From assembly GCA_963775525.1 (NCBI GenBank), contig CAVZJF010000040.1, positions 4,697-68,696 on the forward strand: a stretch of 64,000 bases of DNA, given 5' to 3'. The translations under genes were made by a program, and so were the position numbers. The notes below the pieces were generated by a model that saw only the letters and a list, made by a program, of their open reading frames with translations, had not been told where the DNA came from and did not search any database. The first letter of the stretch is position 1. Every line of letters begins with the position of its first letter. Shown here one piece after another: positions 45,534-53,710 of this stretch. The stretch is from an uncultured Alphaproteobacteria bacterium (lineage in GTDB: Bacteria > Pseudomonadota > Alphaproteobacteria > ATCC43930 > CGMCC-115725).

Positions 45534-46763
45534 ATGAGCAAAGCGCTGGAAGGTGTCCGCATCCTCGATTTCGGCCATGTCCAGGCGGGGCCGACCGCGA
45601 CCCAGCTGTTGGCGTGGATGGGTGCGGACGTGATCAAGATCGAGATGCCGGGGCGCGGCGACATCACCCGCGGCCAGTTGCAGGACGTGAAGGGCGCCGA
45701 CAGCCTCTATTTCACGATGCTGAACTCGAACAAGCGCAGCATCACGGTAAATTTGAAGGCGGCGGGCGGCCGCAAGATAATCGAGGATTTGGTCAGGCGC
45801 TGCGACGTGATCCTGGAAAATTTCGGGCCCGGCGTGCTCGACCGCCAAGGCTTCACCTGGGAGCGCTTCCAGGAACTGAACCCGCGCGTCATCTACGCCT
45901 CGATCAAGGGCTTTGGCCCCGGCCCCTTTGTCGACTGCAAGGCTTATGAGAACGTCGCGCAGTGCATGGGCGGCTCGGCCAGCACGACCGGCTGGGACGA
46001 CGGGCCGCCGACGGTGACCGGCGCCCAGATCGGCGACAGCGGCACCGGGGTGCACACCGTCGCCGGCATCCTCGCCGCCCTCTTCCAGCGCGAGCGCACC
46101 GGCAAGGGCCAGCGCGTCGAGGTGGCGATGACCGACGCCGTATTGAACCTCTGCCGGGTCAAGATGCGCGACCAGCAGCGGGTCATGAAGGGGCCGCTGC
46201 CGGAATACCCGAACAAGGAATTCGGCGACGCCGTGCCGCGCGCCGGCAACGCGTCGGGCGGCGGCCAGCCGGGGGCGGCGCTGCGCTGCGCTCCGGGCGG
46301 CGACAACGACTGGGTCTACGTGATCATCCAGCCGCCGTGCTGGGAGCCGCTGATGAAGCTCGCCGGCCGCGACGAGCTGATCACCGATCCCGCTTACGCG
46401 ACCCCGCAGGCGCGCCTGCCCAAGATCCCCGAATGCTTCTCGCTCATCGAAAAATGGACGATGACCAAGACCAAGTTCGAGGTCATGGCGGCGCTTAACG
46501 AGGTCGACGTGCCGTGCGGCCCGATCCTGTCGATGAAGGACATCTACGAGGACAAGTCGCTCTACGAGCGCGGCTACCTCGTCGAGCTCGACCATCCGAC
46601 GCGCGGCCGCTACGTGCAGGTCGGCTCGCCGATCAACCTCTCGGACTCGCCGGTCGAGGTCAAGCGCTCGCCGCTGTTGGGCGAGCACACCGACGAGGTC
46701 CTCGGTTGGCTCGGCTACGGCGCGGACGAGATCGAGAAATTGCGCGCGGAAAAGGCGGTTTAG
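45534..46763 (+). CDS. frc: Formyl-CoA transferase (formyl-CoA:oxalate CoA-transferase)
   Basis: Intact 409-aa ORF, closely colinear with Oxalobacter Frc as I remember it ([10 protein letters not shown]...[12 protein letters not shown]...[10 protein letters not shown]...[11 protein letters not shown]). Confidence 0.9.
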   Translation: MSKALEGVRILDFGHVQAGPTATQLLAWMGADVIKIEMPGRGDITRGQLQDVKGADSLYFTMLNSNKRSITVNLKAAGGRKIIEDLVRRCDVILENFGPGVLDRQGFTWERFQELNPRVIYASIKGFGPGPFVDCKAYENVAQCMGGSASTTGWDDGPPTVTGAQIGDSGTGVHTVAGILAALFQRERTGKGQRVEVAMTDAVLNLCRVKMRDQQRVMKGPLPEYPNKEFGDAVPRAGNASGGGQPGAALRCAPGGDNDWVYVIIQPPCWEPLMKLAGRDELITDPAYATPQARLPKIPECFSLIEKWTMTKTKFEVMAALNEVDVPCGPILSMKDIYEDKSLYERGYLVELDHPTRGRYVQVGSPINLSDSPVEVKRSPLLGEHTDEVLGWLGYGADEIEKLRAEKAV

Positions 46764-46788
46764 CCCGTGACGACAACCCGCTTCGTTA

Positions 46789-46923
46789 TCTCCCTCTCCG
46801 CCCCTTGGGGGGGAGAGGGTCGGGGTGAGGTGGGGGATTGCACACCATCTGCCGGCACCCACCTCACCCTCCCGTCGCCGGGCGACGGGCCCCTCCCTCT
46901 CCCCCCAGAAGGGCGGAGAGGGA
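46789..46923. repeat. REP-type composite palindrome (CCCTCTCC...GGAGAGGG hairpins, GGTGAGGTGGG/CCCACCTCACC arms)
   Basis: Read directly between frc and fdsB. The track ORF 46825 translates through it. Confidence 0.7.
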
Positions 46924-46935
46924 AAGCGCAGCGGC

Positions 46936-48639
46936 ATGCCGCCACAGGTGAGGCACGACCGCCGCATCCATCCCGGCTCGGGGCGGCGGCGCGGTCTCGA
47001 CCATCCGAAGGGCCGGCAGGTCGATCCGGCCGCGCTGGAGGAGGTGCAGGCATTGCTCGGCGAACGCGAGCGCCGCCGCGACCTTTTGATCGAGCACCTG
47101 CATCTGCTGCAGGACCATTTCGGCTGCCTGCATGCACGCCATCTGGCGGCATTGGCCGAGGAGATGCGGCTGGCCCTCGTCGAAGTCTATGAGGTCGCCT
47201 CGTTCTACGCCCATTTCGACATCGTCATGGACGACGAAAAGCCGCCGCCGGCGGTGACGGTGCGGGTTTGCGACAGCCTCAGCTGCGAGCTTGCCGGCGC
47301 GCCGCAATTGCTGGCCGACCTTCAGGCTCGGCTCCCCGATGGTGTCAGGGTCGTGCGTGCGCCGTGCATGGGCGGCTGCGACAAGGCCCCGGTGGTCGCG
47401 ATCGGCCACGCCTTGCACGAGCACGCGACCTCTGCCTCGGTCGCGGCCGCCGTCGCCGCGGGCGAAACGCATCCGCCCGTCCCGGGCTATGTCGGCATCG
47501 ACGCCTACCGCGCCGAGGGCGGCTATCGCCTATTGCAATCCTGCCTCGCCGGCGAGCGGACACGCGAGCAGGTGATCGAAGCGCTCGAACACTCCGGGCT
47601 GCGCGGCCTCGGCGGCGCCGGGTTTCCGACCGGGCGCAAATGGCGCCTGGTCAGCCAGGAGCCCGCCCCCCGGCTGTTGGCGGTCAACGGCGACGAGGGC
47701 GAGCCCGGCACCTTCAAGGACCGCTATTTTCTAGAAACCGACCCGCACCGGTTTCTCGAAGGCATGCTGATCGCCGCCTGGGTGGTCGAGGCCGAGGACG
47801 TCTACATCTACCTGCGCGACGAATACCCGCAATGCCACGCGATCCTCGAAGCGAGATCGGGGCGATCGAGCAGGCCGGGCTGTCGCCGCACGCTCATATT
47901 CACCTCCGCCGCGGCGCCGGCGCCTATATCTGCGGCGAGGAATCGGCGATGCTCGAATAGCATCGAGGGCAAGCGCGGGTTGCCGCGCCAGCGCCCGCCG
48001 TTTCCGGCGCAGGTCGGGCTGTTTGGCCGCCCGACCTTGTGCAACAACATCGAGACGCTCTACTGGGTGCGCGACATCGTCGAAAAGGGGGCCGACTGGT
48101 TCACCGGGCAGGGCCGCAACGGGCGCAAGGGCTTGCGCACCTTTTCGGTGTCGGGACGGGTGCGCGACCCCGGCGTCAAGCTCGCCCCGGCCGGGATAAC
48201 CGCGCGCCAGTTGATCGACGAATTCTGCGGCGGCATGGCCGATGGCCACACCTTCAAGGGCTATCTGCCGGGCGGCGCCTCGGGCGGCATCCTGCCGGCT
48301 TCGATGGCCGACCTCCCGCTCGATTTCGGCACGCTCGAAGCCCATGGCTCGTTCACCGGCTCGGGTGCCGTTGTGGTTTTGTCCGACCAGGACGACATGC
48401 GGGCGGTGGCGTTGAACCTCTTACGCTTTTTCGAGGACGAGAGCTGCGGCCAGTGCACGCCGTGCCGCGCCGGCACCGAAAAGGCGGTCAAATTGATGAC
48501 CGCCCCGCATTGGGACGAGGATCTGCTGCAGGAGCTGACGCAGGTCATGGCCGACGCCTCGATCTGCGGGCTCGGCCAGGCCGCGATGAACCCGGTCAAG
48601 CAGGTGCTCAAGCACTTCCGCGAGGACGTAACCGGCTGA
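46936..48639 (+). pseudogene. fdsB: NAD-dependent formate dehydrogenase beta subunit (NuoE-like + NuoF-like fusion); compensating -1/+1 pair scrambles ~35 codons
   Basis: N-terminus has DLLIEHLHLLQDHFG...EVASFYAHF (2Fe-2S thioredoxin-like), followed by a NuoF-like region. The expected RRGAGAYICGEESAMLES motif is present only in another frame between ~47852 and ~47958. Confidence 0.85.
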
Positions 48640-48663
48640 TGCCGACGGACAGCACCGCCCATC

Positions 48664-48755
48664 GTCATAGCCGGGCTTGTCCCGGCCATCCACGCCTCCG
48701 AATTGGCGGGATTGCCGAAGGTCTCGTGGATGCCAGGAACAGGTCCGGGCATGAC
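48664..48755. repeat. REP family B hairpin (GTCATAGCCGGGCTTGTCCCGGCCATCCACG and its imperfect inverted copy)
   Basis: 31-nt arms at 48664-48694 and 48725-48755, just after the fdsB stop. Confidence 0.7.
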
Positions 48756-48784
48756 GGCTTTATTTGGGATACAGAGGTCGTGCA

Positions 48785-49198
48785 ATGACCGATCCGATCG
48801 GCGTCGCCGACACCCTCCAAATCCCTGCTGACCCCTCGCTGGCAGAAGAATTGGCGCGCGAGGAGCTGGTCGAGATGGCCAATCTGACCACCGCCCAGAC
48901 CGGCGTGGAAGGGACGATCTTTATTTCGACGGCGATGGGCGCGCACGGCCCGCGGGTCAAATACTTTCTCCAGCCGGGGAGATCACAGCCTAGTTTCTCC
49001 GTTTCGATTGCCGATATGCCGAACGTTGTCGCCAACAGCCTGCCGCCGCGGGTTGTCCGCCAGATGTCGCCGCAAGTGATCGAATGGGTATCGCGCAACA
49101 AGGATGCTCTACAGGATTTCTGGCGTCACGGAGATACTTGGATCCAGCCAGAAGTCAACGACTTCATTCAAAAGCTGCGTCGCATTTTATTGCCGTAG
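48785..49198 (+). CDS. Cassette ORF1, 137 aa, DUF4160-like (tentative)
   Basis: Starts with the duplicated MTDPI codons behind the AGAGG Shine-Dalgarno. The core GTIFISTAMGAHGPRVKYF...SVSIADMPNVVANSLPPRVVRQMSPQVIEWVSRNKDALQDFW resembles the DUF4160 layout as I remember it. Confidence 0.45.
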   Translation: MTDPIGVADTLQIPADPSLAEELAREELVEMANLTTAQTGVEGTIFISTAMGAHGPRVKYFLQPGRSQPSFSVSIADMPNVVANSLPPRVVRQMSPQVIEWVSRNKDALQDFWRHGDTWIQPEVNDFIQKLRRILLP

Positions 49199-49215
49199 AT
49201 TTGCTCGGGCGTAAG

Positions 49216-49644
49216 ATGAATTCTCTTGAACAACAGGTTGAGGAATGGAGAACAGCGCAAGCGGCGCGCCTAAACAGAGTTATGCTCCCATGCGGATGTT
49301 GCCGAAAGGAAACCGAGGTTGGATTCGACGCTCCCGAGAAGTGCGCTTATTGCGGCGGGCGGTTCTTAGGCAGATCATACGGCCAACGCGTTGGCGGTAT
49401 CCCGATGGTGCTTTTCGTGCTTGGGTTTGGGTGGGTTATTGTTGATGGTATCCGCCGCGGAGAGTTTACTCTAAAGGGCGGTTTTTCCTCCTCGGGGTTT
49501 TCATTTTTGCAGCCAGGGGGCGAGGGCAAGACTATCCTGATCCTCGTCATAGCCGGTGCGATTGTCCTGTTCGCCGCATTCCTCCTTCAGATGGTGACGG
49601 CCGGAATGGGTGCGATGCTGAATTCCGTTAAGAGTCAGAGTTGA
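49216..49644 (+). CDS. Cassette ORF2, 142 aa, zinc-ribbon (CGCC...CAYC) protein with two transmembrane helices
   Basis: ATG at 49216. Cys cluster C-G-C-C-x14-C-x2-C, followed by IPMVLFVLGFGWVIV and TILILVIAGAIVLFAAFLLQMV. Confidence 0.5.
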   Translation: MNSLEQQVEEWRTAQAARLNRVMLPCGCCRKETEVGFDAPEKCAYCGGRFLGRSYGQRVGGIPMVLFVLGFGWVIVDGIRRGEFTLKGGFSSSGFSFLQPGGEGKTILILVIAGAIVLFAAFLLQMVTAGMGAMLNSVKSQS

Positions 49645-49719
49645 GCGCACTGGTTGAGCTACACCCGGAAGTTTCTCCGCGGGGACGGGAAATTGAAGGC
49701 GGGGTCTGGCTCGCTCTCA

Positions 49720-50191
49720 ATGGAGACGTTGGTGTGGCTGCGCGCTCGATCACTCCTCGCACCCTTTCAAAGGGTGAGTACTATTGCGAACGTAGGGTAT
49801 ATGTCCCCTGAGTTTGCCAACTTTGATCACCTCAAGGAATTGTCAAGCTATGGCGGGGCAATTATCGGATATTTACTATGGGTTGACGCATTCCTACATT
49901 GCGCAACACTTGAAAGCAAAGTCAAACTCGATGGCGATGGAAGCGCATTCCAGCAGCTCGCAGCGGGATTTATACATCCATTTTCATCGCCCCGAATGGG
50001 ATTCCGGCTACCAACTCGAAAAATGCTCTTCCGATAGCCCGGCGTTGATGGACTTCGCTCGCCGCATTGTCTCGACCGAGGTCTCTCGCATCAAAAGTGC
50101 AAATAATGTTCTCCTACTACACTGGGTGGCCGAACATTCGCGTGCTGGCGCGCCAGAACTTTCGGAATTTTTGATTAGGGACGTAAAATGA
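49720..50191 (+). pseudogene. Cassette ORF3, ~155 aa if two overlapping frames are joined; unknown function
   Basis: Frame 1 (METLVWL.../MSPEFANFDHLKEL...DGDGSAFQQLAAG) and frame 2 (LYIHFHRPEWDSGYQLEK...ELSEFLIRDVK) both look protein-like and abut near 49960. The stop overlaps the fdsA ATG (ATGA). Confidence 0.4.
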
Positions 50192-52974
50192 CCGATCCGA
50201 TCCGCTTCACGCTCGACGGCGCCGAGGTCGAGGCCCTACCCGGCGAAACGATCTGGCAGGTCGCCAACCGCCAGGGCGTCGAGATCCCGCATCTGTGCTG
50301 GCTGCCCAAGCCCGGCTACCGCGCCGACGGCAATTGCCGCGCCTGCATGGTCGAGATCGATGGCGAGCGGGTGCTCGCCGCATCCTGCGTGCGCCGGCCG
50401 ACCTCCGGCATGAAGGTCCAGACCGCGAGCGAACGCGCCCGCTTTTCGCGCAAGATGGTCTTCGAGCTCTTGGTCGGCGACCAGCCGGCGCGGGCCGCCG
50501 CACACGACCCGGGTTCGCGATTTTGGCAGTGGGCCGACCGGCTCGATGTCAGGGCAAGCCGTTTTCCGCGGCACGCCTCGCCGGCGCCGGATCGCAGCCA
50601 TCCGGCGATGGCGGTGCAGCTCGACGCCTGCATCCAATGCAATCTTTGCGTGCGCGCCTGCCGCGAGGTCCAGGTCAACGACGTGATCGGCATGGCGGCG
50701 CGCGGCCATCATGAAAAGATCGTGTTCGATTTCGACGACCCGATGGGCGACAGCACCTGTGTCGCGTGCGGCGAATGCGTCCAAGCCTGCCCGACCGGCG
50801 CCTTGATGCCGGCGACCCTGGTCGATACGAACGGCGTCTACGCCAACGCCCCCGACCGCGAAGTCGACAGCGTGTGCCCCTATTGCGGCGTCGGCTGCCA
50901 GCTGACCTACAAGATCAAGGACGACCATATCGTCGCGGTCGACGGCCGCGATGGGCCGGCCAACCACAACCGGCTCTGCGTCAAGGGGCGGTTCGGCTTC
51001 GACTACGCGCACCACTCCGACCGGCTGACCGAGCCCTTGATCCGCAAGGACGGCGTCGCGAAAAACGACACCGCCATCGACCCGGCCAACCCCTATACCC
51101 ATTTCCGCAAGGCGAGCTGGGACGAGGCGCTCGACCGCGCCGCCGGCGGCCTCGCACGCATTCGCGACCGCGAGTCTACCCCCGCGAAGCCGGGCGGCAA
51201 GCGGGCGCTCGCCGGCTTCGGCTCGGCCAAGGGGTCGAACGAGGAGGCCTACCTGTTTCAAAAGCTGGTGCGCACCGGCTTTGGCAGCAACAACGTCGAT
51301 CATTGCACGCGGCTGTGCCACGCCTCCTCGGTCGCGGCGTTGATGGAAGGGATCGGCTCGGGCGCCGTGACCGCCCCCTTCACCGCCGCGCTCGATTCCG
51401 ACGTGATCATCGTCATCGGCGCGCGCCCGACCGAGAACCACCCGGTCGCCGCCACCTTTTTCAAGCAGGCGGCAAAGCGCGGCGCCAAGATCTTCGTCAT
51501 GGACCCGCGCGGCCACACCCTGGTGCGGCATGCGACGGCGACCTTGCGCTTCAACCCCGGGCGCGATGTGGCGATGCTGAACGCGCTTCTCCACACGATC
51601 ATCGAGGAGGGGCTGACCGACCGCCAATACATCCAGGCGCACACCGAGGACTATGACAAGCTGCGCGAGCACATCCGCGACTACGCGCCGGAAAAGATGG
51701 CGCCGATCTGCGGCATCGACGCCGCGACCTTGCGTTATGTCGCCCGCACCTATGCCCGCGCCGAGCGCGCGATCATCTTTTGGGGCATGGGCATCTCGCA
51801 GCACACTCACGGCACCGACAACGCCCGCTGCCTGATCGCGCTCTCGATGGTCACCGGCCAGATCGGCCGGCCCGGCACCGGGCTGCACCCGTTGCGCGGC
51901 CAGAACAACGTCCAGGGCGCCTCGGACGCCGGGCTGATCCCGATGGTCTACCCCGACTACCAGTCGGTCGCGAACCCTGATGTCCGGGCGAAATTCGAGG
52001 GGTTGTGGCAGACCCCGCTCGACGACAAGCCGGGGCTGACCGTGGTCGAGATCATGGACGCGGTGCACCGCAACGAGATCACCGGCATGTACATCATGGG
52101 CGAGAACCCGGCGATGTCCGACCCCGACGTCCAGCATGCCCGCGCCGCACTCGCCCATCTCGAGCACCTTGTCGTCCAGGACATCTTTCTGACCGAAACC
52201 GCGAAATACGCCGATGTCGTGTTGCCGGCCTCGGCCTGGCCGGAGAAGGACGGCACCGTCTCCAACACCAACCGCCAGGTGCAGATGGGCCGCGCCGCGC
52301 TGCCGTTACCCGGCAACGCGCGGCTCGATTTGATGACGATCCAGGAGATCGCCCGGCGCATGGGGCTCGACTGGTCCTACGCCCATCCGCGCGAGGTGTT
52401 CGCCGAAATGAAGCTGGCGATGCCGTCGCTCGACAACATCACCTGGGAGCGCCTCGAACGCGAGGGTTCGGTGACCTATCCCTGCGACGCCCCGGACAAG
52501 CCCGGCAACGAGATCGTTTTCGGCGACGGTTTCCCGACCGCCTCGGGGCGCGCGAAGCTCGTGCCGGCGGCGATCATTCCGCCCGCCGAGATGCCCGATG
52601 CGGATTACCCGATGGTGCTGACGACCGGTCGCCAGCTCGAGCATTGGCACACCGGGGCGATGACAAGGCGCGCCAGCGTGCTCGACGAGATCGAGCCCGA
52701 GGCGGTGGCCAGCCTCGCCCCGCTCGAACTGCGCCGGCTCGGCATAACCGCCGGCGAGCCGGTGCGCGTCACCACCCGCCGCGGCATGATCGAATTGAAG
52801 GCGCGCGCCGACAGCGCGGTGGCGCCGGGGATGGTGTTCATCCCGTTCTGCTATGCCGAGGCCGCCGCCAACATCCTGACCAACCCGCAGCTCGACCCGT
52901 TCGGCAAGATCCCCGAGTTCAAATTCTGCGCCGCCAAGGTCGAGCCCGCCGCCGTGCGGGAGGCCGCGGAATAG
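50188..52974 (+). CDS. fdsA: NAD-dependent formate dehydrogenase alpha (catalytic Mo/W-bisPGD) subunit
   Basis: Intact 928-aa ORF. N-terminal 2Fe-2S domain (CRACMVEIDG), 4Fe-4S clusters (CIQCNLCVRAC, CVACGECVQACP, CPYCGVGC), and a molybdopterin oxidoreductase body. Confidence 0.92.
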   Translation: MTDPIRFTLDGAEVEALPGETIWQVANRQGVEIPHLCWLPKPGYRADGNCRACMVEIDGERVLAASCVRRPTSGMKVQTASERARFSRKMVFELLVGDQPARAAAHDPGSRFWQWADRLDVRASRFPRHASPAPDRSHPAMAVQLDACIQCNLCVRACREVQVNDVIGMAARGHHEKIVFDFDDPMGDSTCVACGECVQACPTGALMPATLVDTNGVYANAPDREVDSVCPYCGVGCQLTYKIKDDHIVAVDGRDGPANHNRLCVKGRFGFDYAHHSDRLTEPLIRKDGVAKNDTAIDPANPYTHFRKASWDEALDRAAGGLARIRDRESTPAKPGGKRALAGFGSAKGSNEEAYLFQKLVRTGFGSNNVDHCTRLCHASSVAALMEGIGSGAVTAPFTAALDSDVIIVIGARPTENHPVAATFFKQAAKRGAKIFVMDPRGHTLVRHATATLRFNPGRDVAMLNALLHTIIEEGLTDRQYIQAHTEDYDKLREHIRDYAPEKMAPICGIDAATLRYVARTYARAERAIIFWGMGISQHTHGTDNARCLIALSMVTGQIGRPGTGLHPLRGQNNVQGASDAGLIPMVYPDYQSVANPDVRAKFEGLWQTPLDDKPGLTVVEIMDAVHRNEITGMYIMGENPAMSDPDVQHARAALAHLEHLVVQDIFLTETAKYADVVLPASAWPEKDGTVSNTNRQVQMGRAALPLPGNARLDLMTIQEIARRMGLDWSYAHPREVFAEMKLAMPSLDNITWERLEREGSVTYPCDAPDKPGNEIVFGDGFPTASGRAKLVPAAIIPPAEMPDADYPMVLTTGRQLEHWHTGAMTRRASVLDEIEPEAVASLAPLELRRLGITAGEPVRVTTRRGMIELKARADSAVAPGMVFIPFCYAEAAANILTNPQLDPFGKIPEFKFCAAKVEPAAVREAAE

Positions 52975-52992
52975 CGGGCTAGCTCAGCTTGG

Positions 52993-53059
52993 GATTGCTT
53001 CACTTCGTTCGCAATGACAAATGGGCTGTCATTGCGAGGCGCGGAGCGACGAAGCAATC
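52993..53059. terminator. REP-type long hairpin after fdsA (GATTGCTTC..CGCAATGAC loop GTCATTGCG..GAAGCAATC); possible terminator
   Basis: Imperfect inverted repeat with 26- and 32-nt arms, starting 19 nt after the fdsA stop. No T-tract follows, so the terminator role is inference. Confidence 0.4.
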
Positions 53060-53080
53060 TCGTCACCGAGAGTCCGGCGT

Positions 53081-53522
53081 TTGCCGAATAGCGGCAGCGC
53101 TTCTCTTCTCGTCCGTCTCCGGCTGTGCCGTATCGCCGGCGCCGGCGACACCTGCCGCCTCGCCGCCCGCTCCTTACGCCTGCCTGCTGCCGACGGAACA
53201 GCGGATGTTGGTCGCCGAATTGTTCTTTGGCCGCCGCATCAAGGGGCGCGAGCCGCTGAGCGAGGCCGAATGGGCCGAGTTCGCGGCGCAAACCGTCACC
53301 CCAAACTTCCCCGACGGCTTCACCGTTTTCAACGGCGAGGGCCAATGGCGCGACCCGCGCACCGGCCACATCGCCCGCGACCCGACCAAAATCCTGCTGG
53401 TCGCCGCCAAGCGCACCCCCGACCTCGCCCACCGCCTGTCGGCGGTCATCGACGCCTACAAGACCCGTTTCCACCAGCAATCGGTCGGCCTCGTCACCCG
53501 CAACTCCTGCGCCGCGTTCTGA
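53081..53522 (+). CDS. DUF3574-like lipoprotein; start unresolved
   Basis: Lipobox LLFSSVSGC followed by AELFFGR...EWAEFAAQTVTPNFPDGFTVFNGEGQWRD. The track ORF (52989) begins inside the REP hairpin. No clean in-frame start lies near the lipobox, so another indel is possible. Confidence 0.55.
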
Positions 53523-53710
53523 CGCCGATCTCGAGCTCGAAGAGACAGATCCGGTTCGAGCGGCAAGCGGCCGTTGTCAGGGTCTTTACGCTGGACGTTC
53601 CCGCACGCGCGCGCGGTTAATTGAACCCGGTCAATGTTCGACTATAACCGTGGAACGGAGATGGGGGCGGGGACCGCATATCTGATGGCTGAATATCTGA
53701 TGGTTGACAT

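Larger units (their letters stand above)
48784..50202 (+). mobile_element. Inserted low-G+C three-ORF cassette bounded by 16-nt direct repeat AATGACCGATCCGATC
   Basis: Repeat copies at 48784-48799 and 50187-50202. Interior lines hand-count to ~38-52% G+C against ~65-70% in the flanks. No recombinase gene is present. Confidence 0.6.

Noticed and set aside
46825-46935. Upstream extension of fdsB to the track start at 46825.
   Set aside because: These codons translate the REP family C palindrome (PSPGDGPLPLPPEGRRG type sequence). The ATG at 46936 precedes the conserved N-terminus.
52989-53080. N-terminal extension of the DUF3574 ORF (MGLLHFVRNDKWAVIARRGATKQS...).
   Set aside because: This is the translated REP family D hairpin. 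The real protein starts near the lipobox, although the exact start remains unresolved.
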